Of a DNA stretch of 64,000 nt, positions 49,693-59,103 are shown piece by piece. Positions within the stretch are counted from its first letter, which is position 1. The number at the start of each line of letters is the position of its first letter. This DNA is from a phage: sequence record PZ386972.1, one strand, 5' to 3'. The position numbers were made by a program, and so were the translations under genes. Below the pieces are notes generated by a model. The model was not told the DNA's origin. It ran no database searches and saw nothing but the letters and a program-made list of their open reading frames with translations.

Positions 49693-49879
49693 AAAGTTTC
49701 TCCTCTAGTTCCATAACACGATTTTCATAAGAGGCACGCAACTTTTCAATTGCCAGCGCACGCACTGTAACCTCATTAGAGTTAATAGCTAATTGGGCCA
49801 GATCTTCTGTTTCCATACGTCCGTTGTAAATTAAGCGATATTTAAGATGTTTTACATTCTTCATAGTTTCTCCTCTCAA
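49661..49879 (-). CDS. hypothetical protein
   Basis: 72-aa ORF downstream of promoter 49892-49920 with GAGAGGAGAAA RBS. Confidence 0.4.
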   Translation of the reverse strand: MRGETMKNVKHLKYRLIYNGRMETEDLAQLAINSNEVTVRALAIEKLRASYENRVMELEEKLYGILEADATR

Positions 49880-49891
49880 ATTTATAAATCA

Positions 49892-49920
49892 ATTATACAT
49901 AAGTTTTAGCTCGAAAGCAA
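49892..49920 (-). promoter_or_regulatory. early promoter (TTGCTT, 17 bp, TATAAT)
   Basis: read on minus strand. Confidence 0.6.
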
Positions 49921-49955
49921 ATAAAATAAAAGCCAGGTCGACTAGCAACCCGGCT
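49921..49955 (-). terminator. hairpin terminator after nrdD
   Basis: AGCCAGGT / ACCCGGCT imperfect stem followed by TTTTATTTTAT on minus strand. Confidence 0.5.
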
Positions 49956-49962
49956 GATTAGC

Positions 49963-51837
49963 TTATTTAGCTCGAATATCCTGATGTTTCACCCTACCCA
50001 TAACTTCATGTTGTTTGCCGGGGTTAAATGGACGAGCACCCGGATTTCCAAGATACCCACAAACTCGACGAGTTACTTCAAGAGTTTCTGGGTCATGATT
50101 ACCACAGATAGGGCACTTAAATCCATCTTCGGATGCTATTGTTTCACCTAAGAATCCACATTTACCACAAGAATCTACTGGAGTATTAATACCGAAGTAA
50201 TGAACCTTACTAGCAGCATAATTAATAACCCATTCGAGTGCATCTGGGAATCGTTTCATATCCGGTAGTTCTACATAGGAAATACACCCACCAGAAGCAA
50301 TCGGAGTAAAGTTAGATTCATAATCAAATTTCACGTTAGGAGCAACTTTACGTTCTACATCAAGGTGATGCGAGTTAGTATAGTATCCTTTGGACAGAAT
50401 ATCTTCATGCTCCGGGAAATATTCACGATCTAGACGACAAAAACGGTCACATAGGGACTCTGATGGTGTAGCATACAGGCTATAACCTAACTTAGTTTCT
50501 TCCTTCTTCTGATCTACCCTATCCCGCATGTACTGCAGTACACGCTGAACAAACTTGATGCAGGTCTCGGACATTGTGTCTATATCTTTGCCAAACATGA
50601 ACTGTAGCATTTCATGGCAACCAATATACCCTAGAGATACAGAAGCACGGTTATAGAAATGATCGAATACGTATTCATCAGGCTCCAAGCGCAGTCCAAA
50701 GGCTCCTGACATATAGAGGATGGGTGCAGCTTTAGCTTGAATGTATTTTAAGCGATCAACTCTCCACTCCAATGCTTTTAACGCTGTATCCACACGTAGC
50801 TCAAGCAAATCAAAGAATAGGTCAATATTTCCTTCAGCTTCGATAGCAATTCTAGGCAAGTTTACAGAAACAACACCTAAGTTATTACGACCGGCAGTTT
50901 CACCATCTTCTGTAGCAGCTAGGAATGAACGGCAGCCCATAGAAACTTTGTAGTCTCCAGTAACTTCTACAACTTTGTCATAGCTGATATAATCTGGATA
51001 CATACGTTCAGCAGTACATTTCATAGCTAACTTCTTGATGTCATAATTAACATCTCCTGGTTTCATATTTACGCCATCACGAAGCACAAATACCAGTTTC
51101 GGGAAGATAGCTGTACGTTTATTGATACCTAAACCATCCATGCGTACTTTCAGTATTGCTTTCTGTACTAGACGTGCTTCCCAAGAAGTTCCTAGACCAA
51201 AACCAAAGGTAATAAATGGACTCTGACCATTAGAGTTGAACATCGTATTGATTTCATACTCTAGACCCTGACAAGCATCATAGACTTCTTTTTCAGTCAT
51301 CTCCGTAGCCATTACTGATGCTTTGGCTTCATCCTTAGTCCAACGTTTTGCAAAGGCATGATTTTTGTCATAGGATTTACGAACATAAGGAGCTAATACC
51401 TCATCTAATCGGTCTACAGAAGTACCACCATACTGATGGGAGCTAACCTGTGTGATAATCTGAGCTGTAATAGCCGCCGCAGTAGTAATAGAGTTTGGAG
51501 TACTAATTTCAGCATTACCAACCTTCATACCATTCTTCAACATATCTTCCAGAGCTACCAGACAACAATTAGTCATGCCTAATGCAGCATAATCAGCATC
51601 ATGGAAATGAATATCCCCAATCATATGAGCATTTCGAATCTGAATTGGCATTTCTTCTAGAATCAGATACTTACTCAATTCACCTGCAAGCATATCCCTC
51701 TGTGTAGGGAAACGTTCTGAGGGTTTATTGGCATTATTAAACAGCAGCTCTTCATCTGCTGACCCTTCGATAATCTCTTTGCAGTTTCTAATTAACGCCT
51801 GCATTTCTTTATACTTTAGTTCTTCATTGCGATTCAT
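49963..51837 (-). CDS. nrdD: anaerobic ribonucleoside-triphosphate reductase (class III, glycyl radical)
   Basis: 624 aa; C-terminal RVCGYLG glycyl-radical motif and CxxC zinc ribbon (CGKCG ... CPICG). Confidence 0.9.
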   Translation of the reverse strand: MNRNEELKYKEMQALIRNCKEIIEGSADEELLFNNANKPSERFPTQRDMLAGELSKYLILEEMPIQIRNAHMIGDIHFHDADYAALGMTNCCLVALEDMLKNGMKVGNAEISTPNSITTAAAITAQIITQVSSHQYGGTSVDRLDEVLAPYVRKSYDKNHAFAKRWTKDEAKASVMATEMTEKEVYDACQGLEYEINTMFNSNGQSPFITFGFGLGTSWEARLVQKAILKVRMDGLGINKRTAIFPKLVFVLRDGVNMKPGDVNYDIKKLAMKCTAERMYPDYISYDKVVEVTGDYKVSMGCRSFLAATEDGETAGRNNLGVVSVNLPRIAIEAEGNIDLFFDLLELRVDTALKALEWRVDRLKYIQAKAAPILYMSGAFGLRLEPDEYVFDHFYNRASVSLGYIGCHEMLQFMFGKDIDTMSETCIKFVQRVLQYMRDRVDQKKEETKLGYSLYATPSESLCDRFCRLDREYFPEHEDILSKGYYTNSHHLDVERKVAPNVKFDYESNFTPIASGGCISYVELPDMKRFPDALEWVINYAASKVHYFGINTPVDSCGKCGFLGETIASEDGFKCPICGNHDPETLEVTRRVCGYLGNPGARPFNPGKQHEVMGRVKHQDIRAK

Positions 51838-51866
51838 TATACTCTCCTTCTCTAACTAAGACTACT

Positions 51867-51895
51867 ATTATAACTCATTCGAGGGCGGATGTCAA
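51867..51895 (-). promoter_or_regulatory. consensus sigma70 promoter for nrdD (TTGACA, 17 bp, TATAAT)
   Basis: perfect hexamers with 17-bp spacer read on minus strand; RBS GAAGGAGAG. Confidence 0.7.
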
Positions 51896-51922
51896 CAATA
51901 TTTTACTATAAAGTTCTGTAAC

Positions 51923-51936
51923 ATGATCTGAGTCAA
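51923..51936 (-). promoter_or_regulatory. FNR-like inverted repeat (TTGAC-N4-ATCAT) upstream of nrdD promoter
   Basis: 12 of 14 matches to TTGAT-N4-ATCAA; centred roughly 70 bp upstream of the inferred start site. Confidence 0.3.
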
Positions 51937-51946
51937 AAAATTTTAT

Positions 51947-51975
51947 TTGCCAATTTCTATTAAAAATTGTATAAT
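51947..51975 (+). promoter_or_regulatory. early promoter (TTGCCA, 17 bp, TATAAT), first of two upstream of phoH
   Basis: read directly; divergent from nrdD promoter. Confidence 0.5.
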
Positions 51976-52087
51976 CACGCACTCGTGCACGCGATATAAA
52001 ATGATTATCTAGTATCACACATCTCACGTTAAAAGCAAGCAAATTTTTTATTTAAATGCAATATCATAGGCTTATTTAAAATTGTAG

Positions 52088-52116
52088 TTGCTTTTTACTG
52101 TATATATTGGTATAAT
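52088..52116 (+). promoter_or_regulatory. early promoter (TTGCTT, 17 bp, TATAAT), second upstream of phoH
   Basis: read directly. Confidence 0.6.
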
Positions 52117-52189
52117 ATATTTGTAAGTTGATAAACAAGATCTTTTTGTTGATCCTCTGTTAGCGAAGTACACTATAGGAGTGTTATTT

Positions 52190-52942
52190 ATGGGAAAAGC
52201 ACGTCAAAAAAGAGAGAACCGCAATGGTTCAAGAAAGCGTGGCAACAAATATGAGAATAACGTAATTCAGGCTGATTTTTCTAATGATTACGCTAACCCA
52301 GTTGCTAAATCCCTAGTAGGTAAAAACCGCGAGCAAAAATCATATATCAATATGATCAAGAACAACACAGTGACTGTGGGTATCGGTGAGCCAGGTACTG
52401 GTAAAACCTTTATTCCGTCCGTTCTTGCAGCTCAGGAACTCGTAGACATTCACTCAGATATTGAGCAAGTGATCCTCGTACGTCCTAATGAACCTCTAGG
52501 TAAGTCTCTTGGTATGCTTCCTGGTGATCTAGCAGAAAAGCTAGAGCCTTGGTTGGAGCCAATAGCTGATGGTATGAAATGGGCCATCGGCGAACATGCC
52601 TATAAGGGATATGTCGAACGTCAGAAAATTAAATTTTTGGCTATCGAACATGCTCGTGGCAGAACTTTCAACAACTCCTATGTAATTGTCGATGAAGCTC
52701 AGAATATTTCCGTTGAGGCAATGATTTGTCTCCTAACTCGTGTAGGACAAGACTGCCGTTTAATTATCTGCGGAGATATAGCTCAGAAAGACATTAAAGG
52801 TGACTCAGGTCTAGCACTCCTTATGGAAGTCTATGAGAAATACGAAAATGCCCCATTCTCAATGATCGAATTGATTGATAACGTTCGTTCTGTTGAGTCT
52901 AAAGCATTCTATGACATCTTTAAAGACATGGGGAAGGTGTAA
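52190..52942 (+). CDS. phoH: PhoH-like ATPase
   Basis: Walker A GEPGTGKT, Walker B VIVDEAQN; ATG at 52190 after GGAG RBS, the six-frame ORF starts at GTG 52181. Confidence 0.85.
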   Translation: MGKARQKRENRNGSRKRGNKYENNVIQADFSNDYANPVAKSLVGKNREQKSYINMIKNNTVTVGIGEPGTGKTFIPSVLAAQELVDIHSDIEQVILVRPNEPLGKSLGMLPGDLAEKLEPWLEPIADGMKWAIGEHAYKGYVERQKIKFLAIEHARGRTFNNSYVIVDEAQNISVEAMICLLTRVGQDCRLIICGDIAQKDIKGDSGLALLMEVYEKYENAPFSMIELIDNVRSVESKAFYDIFKDMGKV

Positions 52943-52943
52943 T

Positions 52944-53165
52944 ATGGGAAACGTCGTTCATCTGAGCCGTAAAACTAAAATACATCGTACTTCACTGAGT
53001 GCTGCTAATATGATTACACGTAAGGAAGGGGAAGAAAGTCCTAAGACAACCCTAGCGTGGAAAATTGTAACCTCAAATCCAAATAAACCATTCAATTATA
53101 ACGAGCTGAGCACCTCCATAGATATTCTATTAAAAGAAGTAGCTAGAGCTAAAGTAATTGAATAA
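52944..53165 (+). CDS. hypothetical small protein
   Basis: 74 aa from ATG at 52944 with AAGGTG RBS; the six-frame ORF 52875 start overlaps phoH. Confidence 0.4.
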   Translation: MGNVVHLSRKTKIHRTSLSAANMITRKEGEESPKTTLAWKIVTSNPNKPFNYNELSTSIDILLKEVARAKVIE

Positions 53166-53240
53166 GCTAAAAAGCTAGACTGGTAATATACAGGGCCTGG
53201 GTATGAAAATACTCGGGCCTTTTCTATCAGAAAATTTTAT

Positions 53241-53269
53241 TTGCCTAATGACCGATAATAAAGTAGAAT
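53241..53269 (+). promoter_or_regulatory. promoter (TTGCCT, 17 bp, TAGAAT) upstream of nrdA
   Basis: read directly. Confidence 0.45.
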
Positions 53270-53307
53270 ATTCCTTAAATCCTGATAACTATAAAAAGGA
53301 AAGCCAA

Positions 53308-55638
53308 ATGAGCCATCGCATTGAAAAAGTAATTAAACGTGACGGTACTGTAGAAGACTTTGCTCCTGAAAAACTCAATGGTTGGGCAGAGTATGGTTGC
53401 AAAACAGTTGATGTAAGTTGGTCCGCCATTACTATGGCTGCTCAAAAAACGCTACCTAAAGGGGTTGTAGATTCCGACACTCTGATGGACGCATTAATTA
53501 AAGCTGCTGAAAGTCTTATCAAAGATAACCCAGCATACGATGTGCCAGCAAAGGAATTACGTCTTGCGCAAATGCGTAAACGCCTTTATGACTCTTTCGA
53601 ACCGCCTTCTCTACGCTTCTTCCATGACCACATGGTTAGCGTAGGTGCATGGGAAGACATGAGTGCATGGATTACCGATGAGCAATTTGAAGCTCTGAAT
53701 CAGGTTATCGACCATGATCGTGACCGTCTTTTTACTAGTGGTGGGCTGAAGCAGTTCTTTGATAAGTATTCCCGTCGTAACATAGCCACTGGTGAAATTT
53801 ACGAAACTCCGCAGTTTGCCTACATGGGTATGGCAATGGCGATGCTATCTCAACCTAACTGGACAATTCTAGATGCAATCGACCTCTACAACGCAATGTC
53901 ACTCCACAAAATCAACGTTCCTACGCCGCCACTGGTTGGTCTGCGCTCTAGTGACCGTGGATTTGCTAGTTGCTGCCTCGTGGATTCCACTGACACGTTG
54001 GATTCAATCGACACCGCCGAGCACATCGTCTTCAAAATGGTCGCAGCCAGAGCGGGAATCGGGTATCATCTTGAAAGCCGATCAATTGCTGATCCGGTGC
54101 GAAATGGGGCATTCCCGCATTCCGGAAAACTGCCATATTATCGACACATTGACCGCTCAGTAAAGGCCAATACTCAGCAAACTCGTGGTGGTTCTGCTAC
54201 AGTATCTTATCCATACTTCGACCCTGAAATCATTCAATTGATGCAGGTTAAGCAACAACGTGCTACAGATGAGAATAAAATCGATAAGATGGATTATTCT
54301 CTGAGCTTTAACAACCTTTTGTTAAAACGTTATCTTAAAAACGAAGATATTACGCTAATGTCATACTTCTATGCTCCAGAAGTTCATGAAGCGTTTTATA
54401 GTGATGACGAGGCTAAATTTGAAGAAATCTACGTGGCAGCGGAGAAACGTGTGGCATCTCTTACAAAGATCGACCACGAAGGAAAAACAGTTCCTGCAGC
54501 TCCTAAAGTCTCTGCAAAAGAAATCCTAGATACTTGGCTACGTATCCGAATGGAAACAGGACGTATGTATGCTCACCACATTGGAGAATCTAATCGTCAC
54601 GGTAACTTCCTTGATCCGATCCGTATGACAAACCTTTGTGTTGAAATTACTCAGCCTACACGCCCGTTCCATCACATTACAGAGCTGTACAAGACAAAAG
54701 AGCAGCTTGATCAAATGAAGCCGGAGGATATTGGTGAAGTATCTCTGTGTAACTTAGGTGGTGTTGTACTTGGACGCATGGAATCTCTGGCTGAGTGGGA
54801 AAAAACTTGCTACATCCTTCTGAAATTTGTTGACACAATTATTGAAATTCAGGATTATCCGTTCCCAACTATGGAATATACGGCTAAGAAACGTCGTAAT
54901 GTTGGTATTGGCCTGATGAACGCAGCGGGTGCAATGGCAGCAGAAGGTCTGGCTTACGAAGGTATTGAAGCCCGTAACTGGATTCACCGTGAGGCTGAAA
55001 AACTGTCTTACTTCCTGCATAAAGCCTCTGTACGCCTGGCTAAAGAACAGGGTGCATGTGAGTGGTTTGATCGTACTAAACCATCTAAAGGAATTCTAGT
55101 AATCGACACGTATAAGAAAACTGTTGATGAACTGGTATCCGTAGGTCTAGAAATGGATTGGGAGTCTCTACGTGCAGATATTCTGAAATATGGTATGCGT
55201 AACTCTGTTCTGACTGCTCAGATGCCGGGAGAAAGTTCTTCTGTTCTGCTAGGAGTTACTAACTCTATTGAACCGCCTCGTAAGATTGTATCTATCAAGG
55301 GTAGTGCAGTGAATAAAGTAATTGCAATTGCTCCGGGTGCAACCGATTGGGAAACGTTAATGAGCTATAAACTGGCTTATGATGTAGATCGTATCGAGTG
55401 GATCAAATGGGTAGCAACTATGCAAAAATTCTTCAGTCAGTCTATCAGTACGAATATGTACTATGACTACACCAAGTTTGAGAATGAAATCATTCCTGGC
55501 CCAGTAGTAGTTCGTGATTTCATGACTGCTGTTAAGTATGGGTGGAAAACTTTCTACTATGCAAACTTCAATACCGCAAATGGTGGAGGTGCTGGAGAAG
55601 AAGCAGCCGGTTGTGCATCCGGTGGTTGTACTATTTAA
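53308..55638 (+). CDS. nrdA: ribonucleoside-diphosphate reductase alpha subunit (class Ia)
   Basis: ATP-cone VIKRDGTVEDF at N-terminus; C-terminal CASGGC; start at MSHRIEK after AAAAAGGAAAG, the six-frame ORF starts upstream at 53203. Confidence 0.9.
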   Translation: MSHRIEKVIKRDGTVEDFAPEKLNGWAEYGCKTVDVSWSAITMAAQKTLPKGVVDSDTLMDALIKAAESLIKDNPAYDVPAKELRLAQMRKRLYDSFEPPSLRFFHDHMVSVGAWEDMSAWITDEQFEALNQVIDHDRDRLFTSGGLKQFFDKYSRRNIATGEIYETPQFAYMGMAMAMLSQPNWTILDAIDLYNAMSLHKINVPTPPLVGLRSSDRGFASCCLVDSTDTLDSIDTAEHIVFKMVAARAGIGYHLESRSIADPVRNGAFPHSGKLPYYRHIDRSVKANTQQTRGGSATVSYPYFDPEIIQLMQVKQQRATDENKIDKMDYSLSFNNLLLKRYLKNEDITLMSYFYAPEVHEAFYSDDEAKFEEIYVAAEKRVASLTKIDHEGKTVPAAPKVSAKEILDTWLRIRMETGRMYAHHIGESNRHGNFLDPIRMTNLCVEITQPTRPFHHITELYKTKEQLDQMKPEDIGEVSLCNLGGVVLGRMESLAEWEKTCYILLKFVDTIIEIQDYPFPTMEYTAKKRRNVGIGLMNAAGAMAAEGLAYEGIEARNWIHREAEKLSYFLHKASVRLAKEQGACEWFDRTKPSKGILVIDTYKKTVDELVSVGLEMDWESLRADILKYGMRNSVLTAQMPGESSSVLLGVTNSIEPPRKIVSIKGSAVNKVIAIAPGATDWETLMSYKLAYDVDRIEWIKWVATMQKFFSQSISTNMYYDYTKFENEIIPGPVVVRDFMTAVKYGWKTFYYANFNTANGGGAGEEAAGCASGGCTI

Positions 55639-55647
55639 TAAAAACAA

Positions 55648-55675
55648 GGAGATCTTCGGGTCTCCTTTTTCTTTG
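55648..55675 (+). terminator. hairpin terminator after nrdA
   Basis: GGAGATC...GGTCTCC stem followed by TTTTTCTTT. Confidence 0.6.
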
Positions 55676-55684
55676 AAATTTTAC

Positions 55685-55713
55685 TTGCTAATCGCTACCA
55701 GATTTGCTATAAT
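55685..55713 (+). promoter_or_regulatory. early promoter (TTGCTA, 17 bp, TATAAT) directly abutting homing endonuclease ATG
   Basis: -10 hexamer ends 6 nt before ATG at 55720; implies leaderless or read-through expression. Confidence 0.55.
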
Positions 55714-55719
55714 ATTTAT

Positions 55720-56217
55720 ATGAAATTAACACAGAGTAGATTAAAAGAGCTAATCTCCTATGATCCTGAAACTGGTGAATTTACCTGGCTTCCAAGAAAA
55801 AATTTAGCAAAGCATTTATGGAACGCTAAAGCAGGAACCTACGATAAGCTAGGGTATCTTCGTATAAAAGTGGAAGGAGTTCAATACTTAGCTCATCGCC
55901 TAGCCTTCTTGTATATGACTGGAGAAATACCAGAAGGAAAAATTGACCATAAAGATACTAATCCGTCCAATTGTGCCTGGAATAATCTACGTGAAGCCAC
56001 GAGTTCCCAAAATTCTATGAACTCATGCGCAAGAGTGGATAACCAGCTTGGAATGAAAAATATTCGTGTAAAAGGCAATTCATTTCAGGTTAGGATAGGC
56101 AAAGACGGTAAATCTTATACAAAAACTTTAAAAACCATAGAAGAAGCTATAGAGTGGAGAGATACCAAACTACTAGAACTTCATGGGGACTTTGCAAACA
56201 ACGGAGAAGCTAAATGA
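55720..56217 (+). CDS. HNH-type homing endonuclease inserted between nrdA and nrdB
   Basis: 165 aa; YDPETGEFTWL and GKIDHKDTNPSNCAWNNL HNH_3-like core; paralog-like to 28940-29455. Confidence 0.7.
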   Translation: MKLTQSRLKELISYDPETGEFTWLPRKNLAKHLWNAKAGTYDKLGYLRIKVEGVQYLAHRLAFLYMTGEIPEGKIDHKDTNPSNCAWNNLREATSSQNSMNSCARVDNQLGMKNIRVKGNSFQVRIGKDGKSYTKTLKTIEEAIEWRDTKLLELHGDFANNGEAK

Positions 56218-57359
56218 CTACTTTACTTAACTTAGAATGGGATCATACTAACGCTGATCTTTTCCTCGGTGATTCTTTGGGTATCGCAGATTATGTGCGT
56301 GTGGCACATCCCGAACTGGAGCGATTAGCTCTGTTGCAGCGTTCCCAATTCTGGACTGAAACTGAAATTAGTCTTGAAGCTGATAAAAAGCAGTGGGGTA
56401 ATCTCCCGCGTGAAATTCAGGAAATTACACTCCTGAACTTAGCATGGCAAACTCAAACTGATTCCTTTATCAGTCGTGCCCCTGAAGCAGCTATTATGCC
56501 GCTTGTAAGTCGTCCAGAATTGGAAGGTATGCTCAAGCAGTGGAGCTACTTCGAAGATCTGCATAGCCGTGCATATAGTAATATTATTCGTAATGTGCTG
56601 ACTGATCCAGCAGAATTTATTGATTCTGTAACCAAAAACCAGGAAGCATTCGCACGCATCGCTGATTCTGTTGAACTATTCGATGAACTGTATCAGTTAG
56701 GTCAGTATTTCATCGCAGTACGCGATCATCGTGGTGACAATACATATCCAGAAACTGAGTTCCCTGAAGTTAAACGTGAAACTCAGGCTAAACTATTAGA
56801 CGCTTACTTTGCGATCTATGGTCTGGAAGCAATGCAGTTTTACGCATCCTTTGCATGTACCTTTGCATTAGCAGAGAACGATATTCTGCAAGGTATTGCT
56901 AAAAATCTGCAATTAATCGCTAAAGATGAAGCTCTGCACACTCAGATGTCCAAAGCAATCATCCAGATTATGTTCCAGCAGTTTGACAAAGATCTGGTGA
57001 ATGAAGCAGTGGCTAAAGCACCAGCACAGCTCCTGAAAACTCTGAAAACTGAAATTGAATGGGGTCATTTCATTTTCAAAGGTCGTAGTCTGATTGGCTT
57101 GAATGCAGAACTTCTAGAAGAATATCTGTACTTTGTGGGGCGTAATGCATTTATGCACATCGGTGTAGAATGGCCTAGTCATTTACCAGTAATCACCAAG
57201 AACCCCATTCCGTGGATCATGAACTGGCTGGATACCACTTCTTTACAGCCTGCTCCACAAGAAATCCAGATTGGTGCAGCATATCGTGTAGGTCAGGTAA
57301 CTGAGACCTCTACTGATACTCTGAAAGATCTGGGTAATGAATTTGGAGATTTCTTATGA
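56214..57359 (+). CDS. nrdB: ribonucleoside-diphosphate reductase beta subunit
   Basis: 381 aa; di-iron and tyrosyl radical region (EAMQFYASF...AKDEALH). Confidence 0.9.
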   Translation: MTTLLNLEWDHTNADLFLGDSLGIADYVRVAHPELERLALLQRSQFWTETEISLEADKKQWGNLPREIQEITLLNLAWQTQTDSFISRAPEAAIMPLVSRPELEGMLKQWSYFEDLHSRAYSNIIRNVLTDPAEFIDSVTKNQEAFARIADSVELFDELYQLGQYFIAVRDHRGDNTYPETEFPEVKRETQAKLLDAYFAIYGLEAMQFYASFACTFALAENDILQGIAKNLQLIAKDEALHTQMSKAIIQIMFQQFDKDLVNEAVAKAPAQLLKTLKTEIEWGHFIFKGRSLIGLNAELLEEYLYFVGRNAFMHIGVEWPSHLPVITKNPIPWIMNWLDTTSLQPAPQEIQIGAAYRVGQVTETSTDTLKDLGNEFGDFL

Positions 57360-57889
57360 TTACAGCAATGTATGCAGTTGGGCCGAATGGAGAGTTCGGC
57401 CTCCGCGGTAAACTTCCCTGGGGTTCCTTCAAAGAAGAACTAGATGCCTTCTATTCTCAACTGGACGTGTTGAATCCAGATAACATCATCATTGGTGCTG
57501 GTACTTATTTAGCTCTTCCATACGCCGTTAGGGAACGTATGATTGGAGCTTCTGATCTATTTATTCGTGCTGATCGTCCACTGCCAGACGATATTACGCA
57601 TGATATTTACACCCCAATTTCAAAGATTGGGGATACATTACCTACTTTTCTAAAAGATCAGCAAACAGTAGTTCTAGGTGGAGCTAATCTTCTTCTAGAA
57701 ATGTACCAACATGGGCATATAGAAAGTGCTTTTGTATCTACAATCTTTAGCGAACAGAAGCTAGAGGCAGATATACACCTAGATAGTATGATACTGGATT
57801 ATAACTATGAATCCACCCGATTAGTCTATGCAGTTGGCGCAAACAGTGATAACAGCCTGCGATTTGTACAGGAATTGGTTACTTATTAA
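57356..57889 (+). CDS. dihydrofolate reductase
   Basis: 177 aa; GKLPW motif; immediately upstream of thymidylate synthase. Confidence 0.75.
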   Translation: MITAMYAVGPNGEFGLRGKLPWGSFKEELDAFYSQLDVLNPDNIIIGAGTYLALPYAVRERMIGASDLFIRADRPLPDDITHDIYTPISKIGDTLPTFLKDQQTVVLGGANLLLEMYQHGHIESAFVSTIFSEQKLEADIHLDSMILDYNYESTRLVYAVGANSDNSLRFVQELVTY

Positions 57890-58728
57890 TGCAACAATAT
57901 TTAAAAATTTTGACAGATGTAATTTTACTAGGTGAACCCCGTAATGACCGTACAGGAACAGGCACAGTTTCAATTTTTGATTCCTATGCTAAGTTCGACC
58001 TACGTGAAGGGTTCCCGGCTGTAACTACCAAACGCCTGGCCTGGAAATCAGTAGTAGGAGAACTTTTATGGTTCTTGTCTGGTTCCACAAATCTTCATGA
58101 TCTACGTGTATTCACATTCGGTCGTGACGAAGGACAGTGGACCATCTGGACTCCAAATTATGAAGACCAAGCCATAAGTATGGGGTATGATAAGGGTAAT
58201 CTAGGACCAGTATATGGTAAACAGTGGCGTAACTTTGGTGGGCGAGATCAGATTCTAGAACTTATTGAAGGACTCAAGAATAATCCTCATGGCCGCAGAC
58301 ATCTAGTTTCTGCATGGAACGTAGCTGAACTTGATAAAATGGCATTACCACCCTGTCACTACGGCTTCCAGTGCTATGTAAGTAACGAGGGATACCTAGA
58401 CCTTAAATGGACACAACGTTCTGTAGATTGTTTCCTCGGTTTACCTTTCAATATTGCTAGTTATGCTTTATTAACGCATATATTAGCAAAACTGACAGGG
58501 TTAAAACCTCGTTATCTTATCTTTAGTGGCGGTGATACTCATATCTATAATGACCACATGGAACAGGTAGAAGAACAGGTAAAACGTAAACCTCGTGCTT
58601 TACCTACTCTAGTAATGCCAGAGTTTGTAGATCTTTACGATTTATTAGAAAATAATACAGCAGCTTGGTCCTTCCAGCTTGAAGGATATGATCCGCATCC
58701 GGCTCTTAAAGCTAAAATGTCCTCTTAA
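57889..58728 (+). CDS. thyA: thymidylate synthase
   Basis: 279 aa; PPCHYGFQCYV active-site region; FNIASYALLTH. Confidence 0.9.
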   Translation: MQQYLKILTDVILLGEPRNDRTGTGTVSIFDSYAKFDLREGFPAVTTKRLAWKSVVGELLWFLSGSTNLHDLRVFTFGRDEGQWTIWTPNYEDQAISMGYDKGNLGPVYGKQWRNFGGRDQILELIEGLKNNPHGRRHLVSAWNVAELDKMALPPCHYGFQCYVSNEGYLDLKWTQRSVDCFLGLPFNIASYALLTHILAKLTGLKPRYLIFSGGDTHIYNDHMEQVEEQVKRKPRALPTLVMPEFVDLYDLLENNTAAWSFQLEGYDPHPALKAKMSS

Positions 58729-58734
58729 CTTAAA

Positions 58735-58750
58735 TAGCCCTTCGGGGCTA
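58735..58750 (+). terminator. hairpin (TAGCCC-ttcg-GGGCTA) after thyA
   Basis: stem-loop read directly; downstream tract is AT-rich rather than pure T. Confidence 0.45.
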
Positions 58751-58767
58751 TTATATTTAAATTTCAT

Positions 58768-58796
58768 TTGCTTATTTAGTGAAATCTAAATATAAT
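58768..58796 (+). promoter_or_regulatory. early promoter (TTGCTT, 17 bp, TATAAT)
   Basis: read directly; GGAGG RBS and ATG 58822 downstream. Confidence 0.6.
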
Positions 58797-58821
58797 ATAT
58801 TTTATAAATTGGAGGTATACA

Positions 58822-59103
58822 ATGATTTCAGCCAAAGAAGCTCAAGAACTTGCAGGATTAACAGAAGTACCCGCATTTCTAAAGTTTATAGAAGAAAAGA
58901 TTGTAGAAGCTGCTAAGTCTGGAAATACAGAAGTAATTATTCGAGATAATCCTTACGCTAGGTGGCTATATAATCCTAGAGAAATGCCAGGAGCAGCTAA
59001 ATCGGTACTAAAAACCTTATCGGATAAGGGGTATCATCTCTCACAATACTACCGAGAAGCCGCCTTTGTAGACATGGGTCTTAAAATTAGTTGGGAGGTA
59101 TAA
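58822..59103 (+). CDS. hypothetical protein
   Basis: 93-aa ORF. Confidence 0.45.
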   Translation: MISAKEAQELAGLTEVPAFLKFIEEKIVEAAKSGNTEVIIRDNPYARWLYNPREMPGAAKSVLKTLSDKGYHLSQYYREAAFVDMGLKISWEV

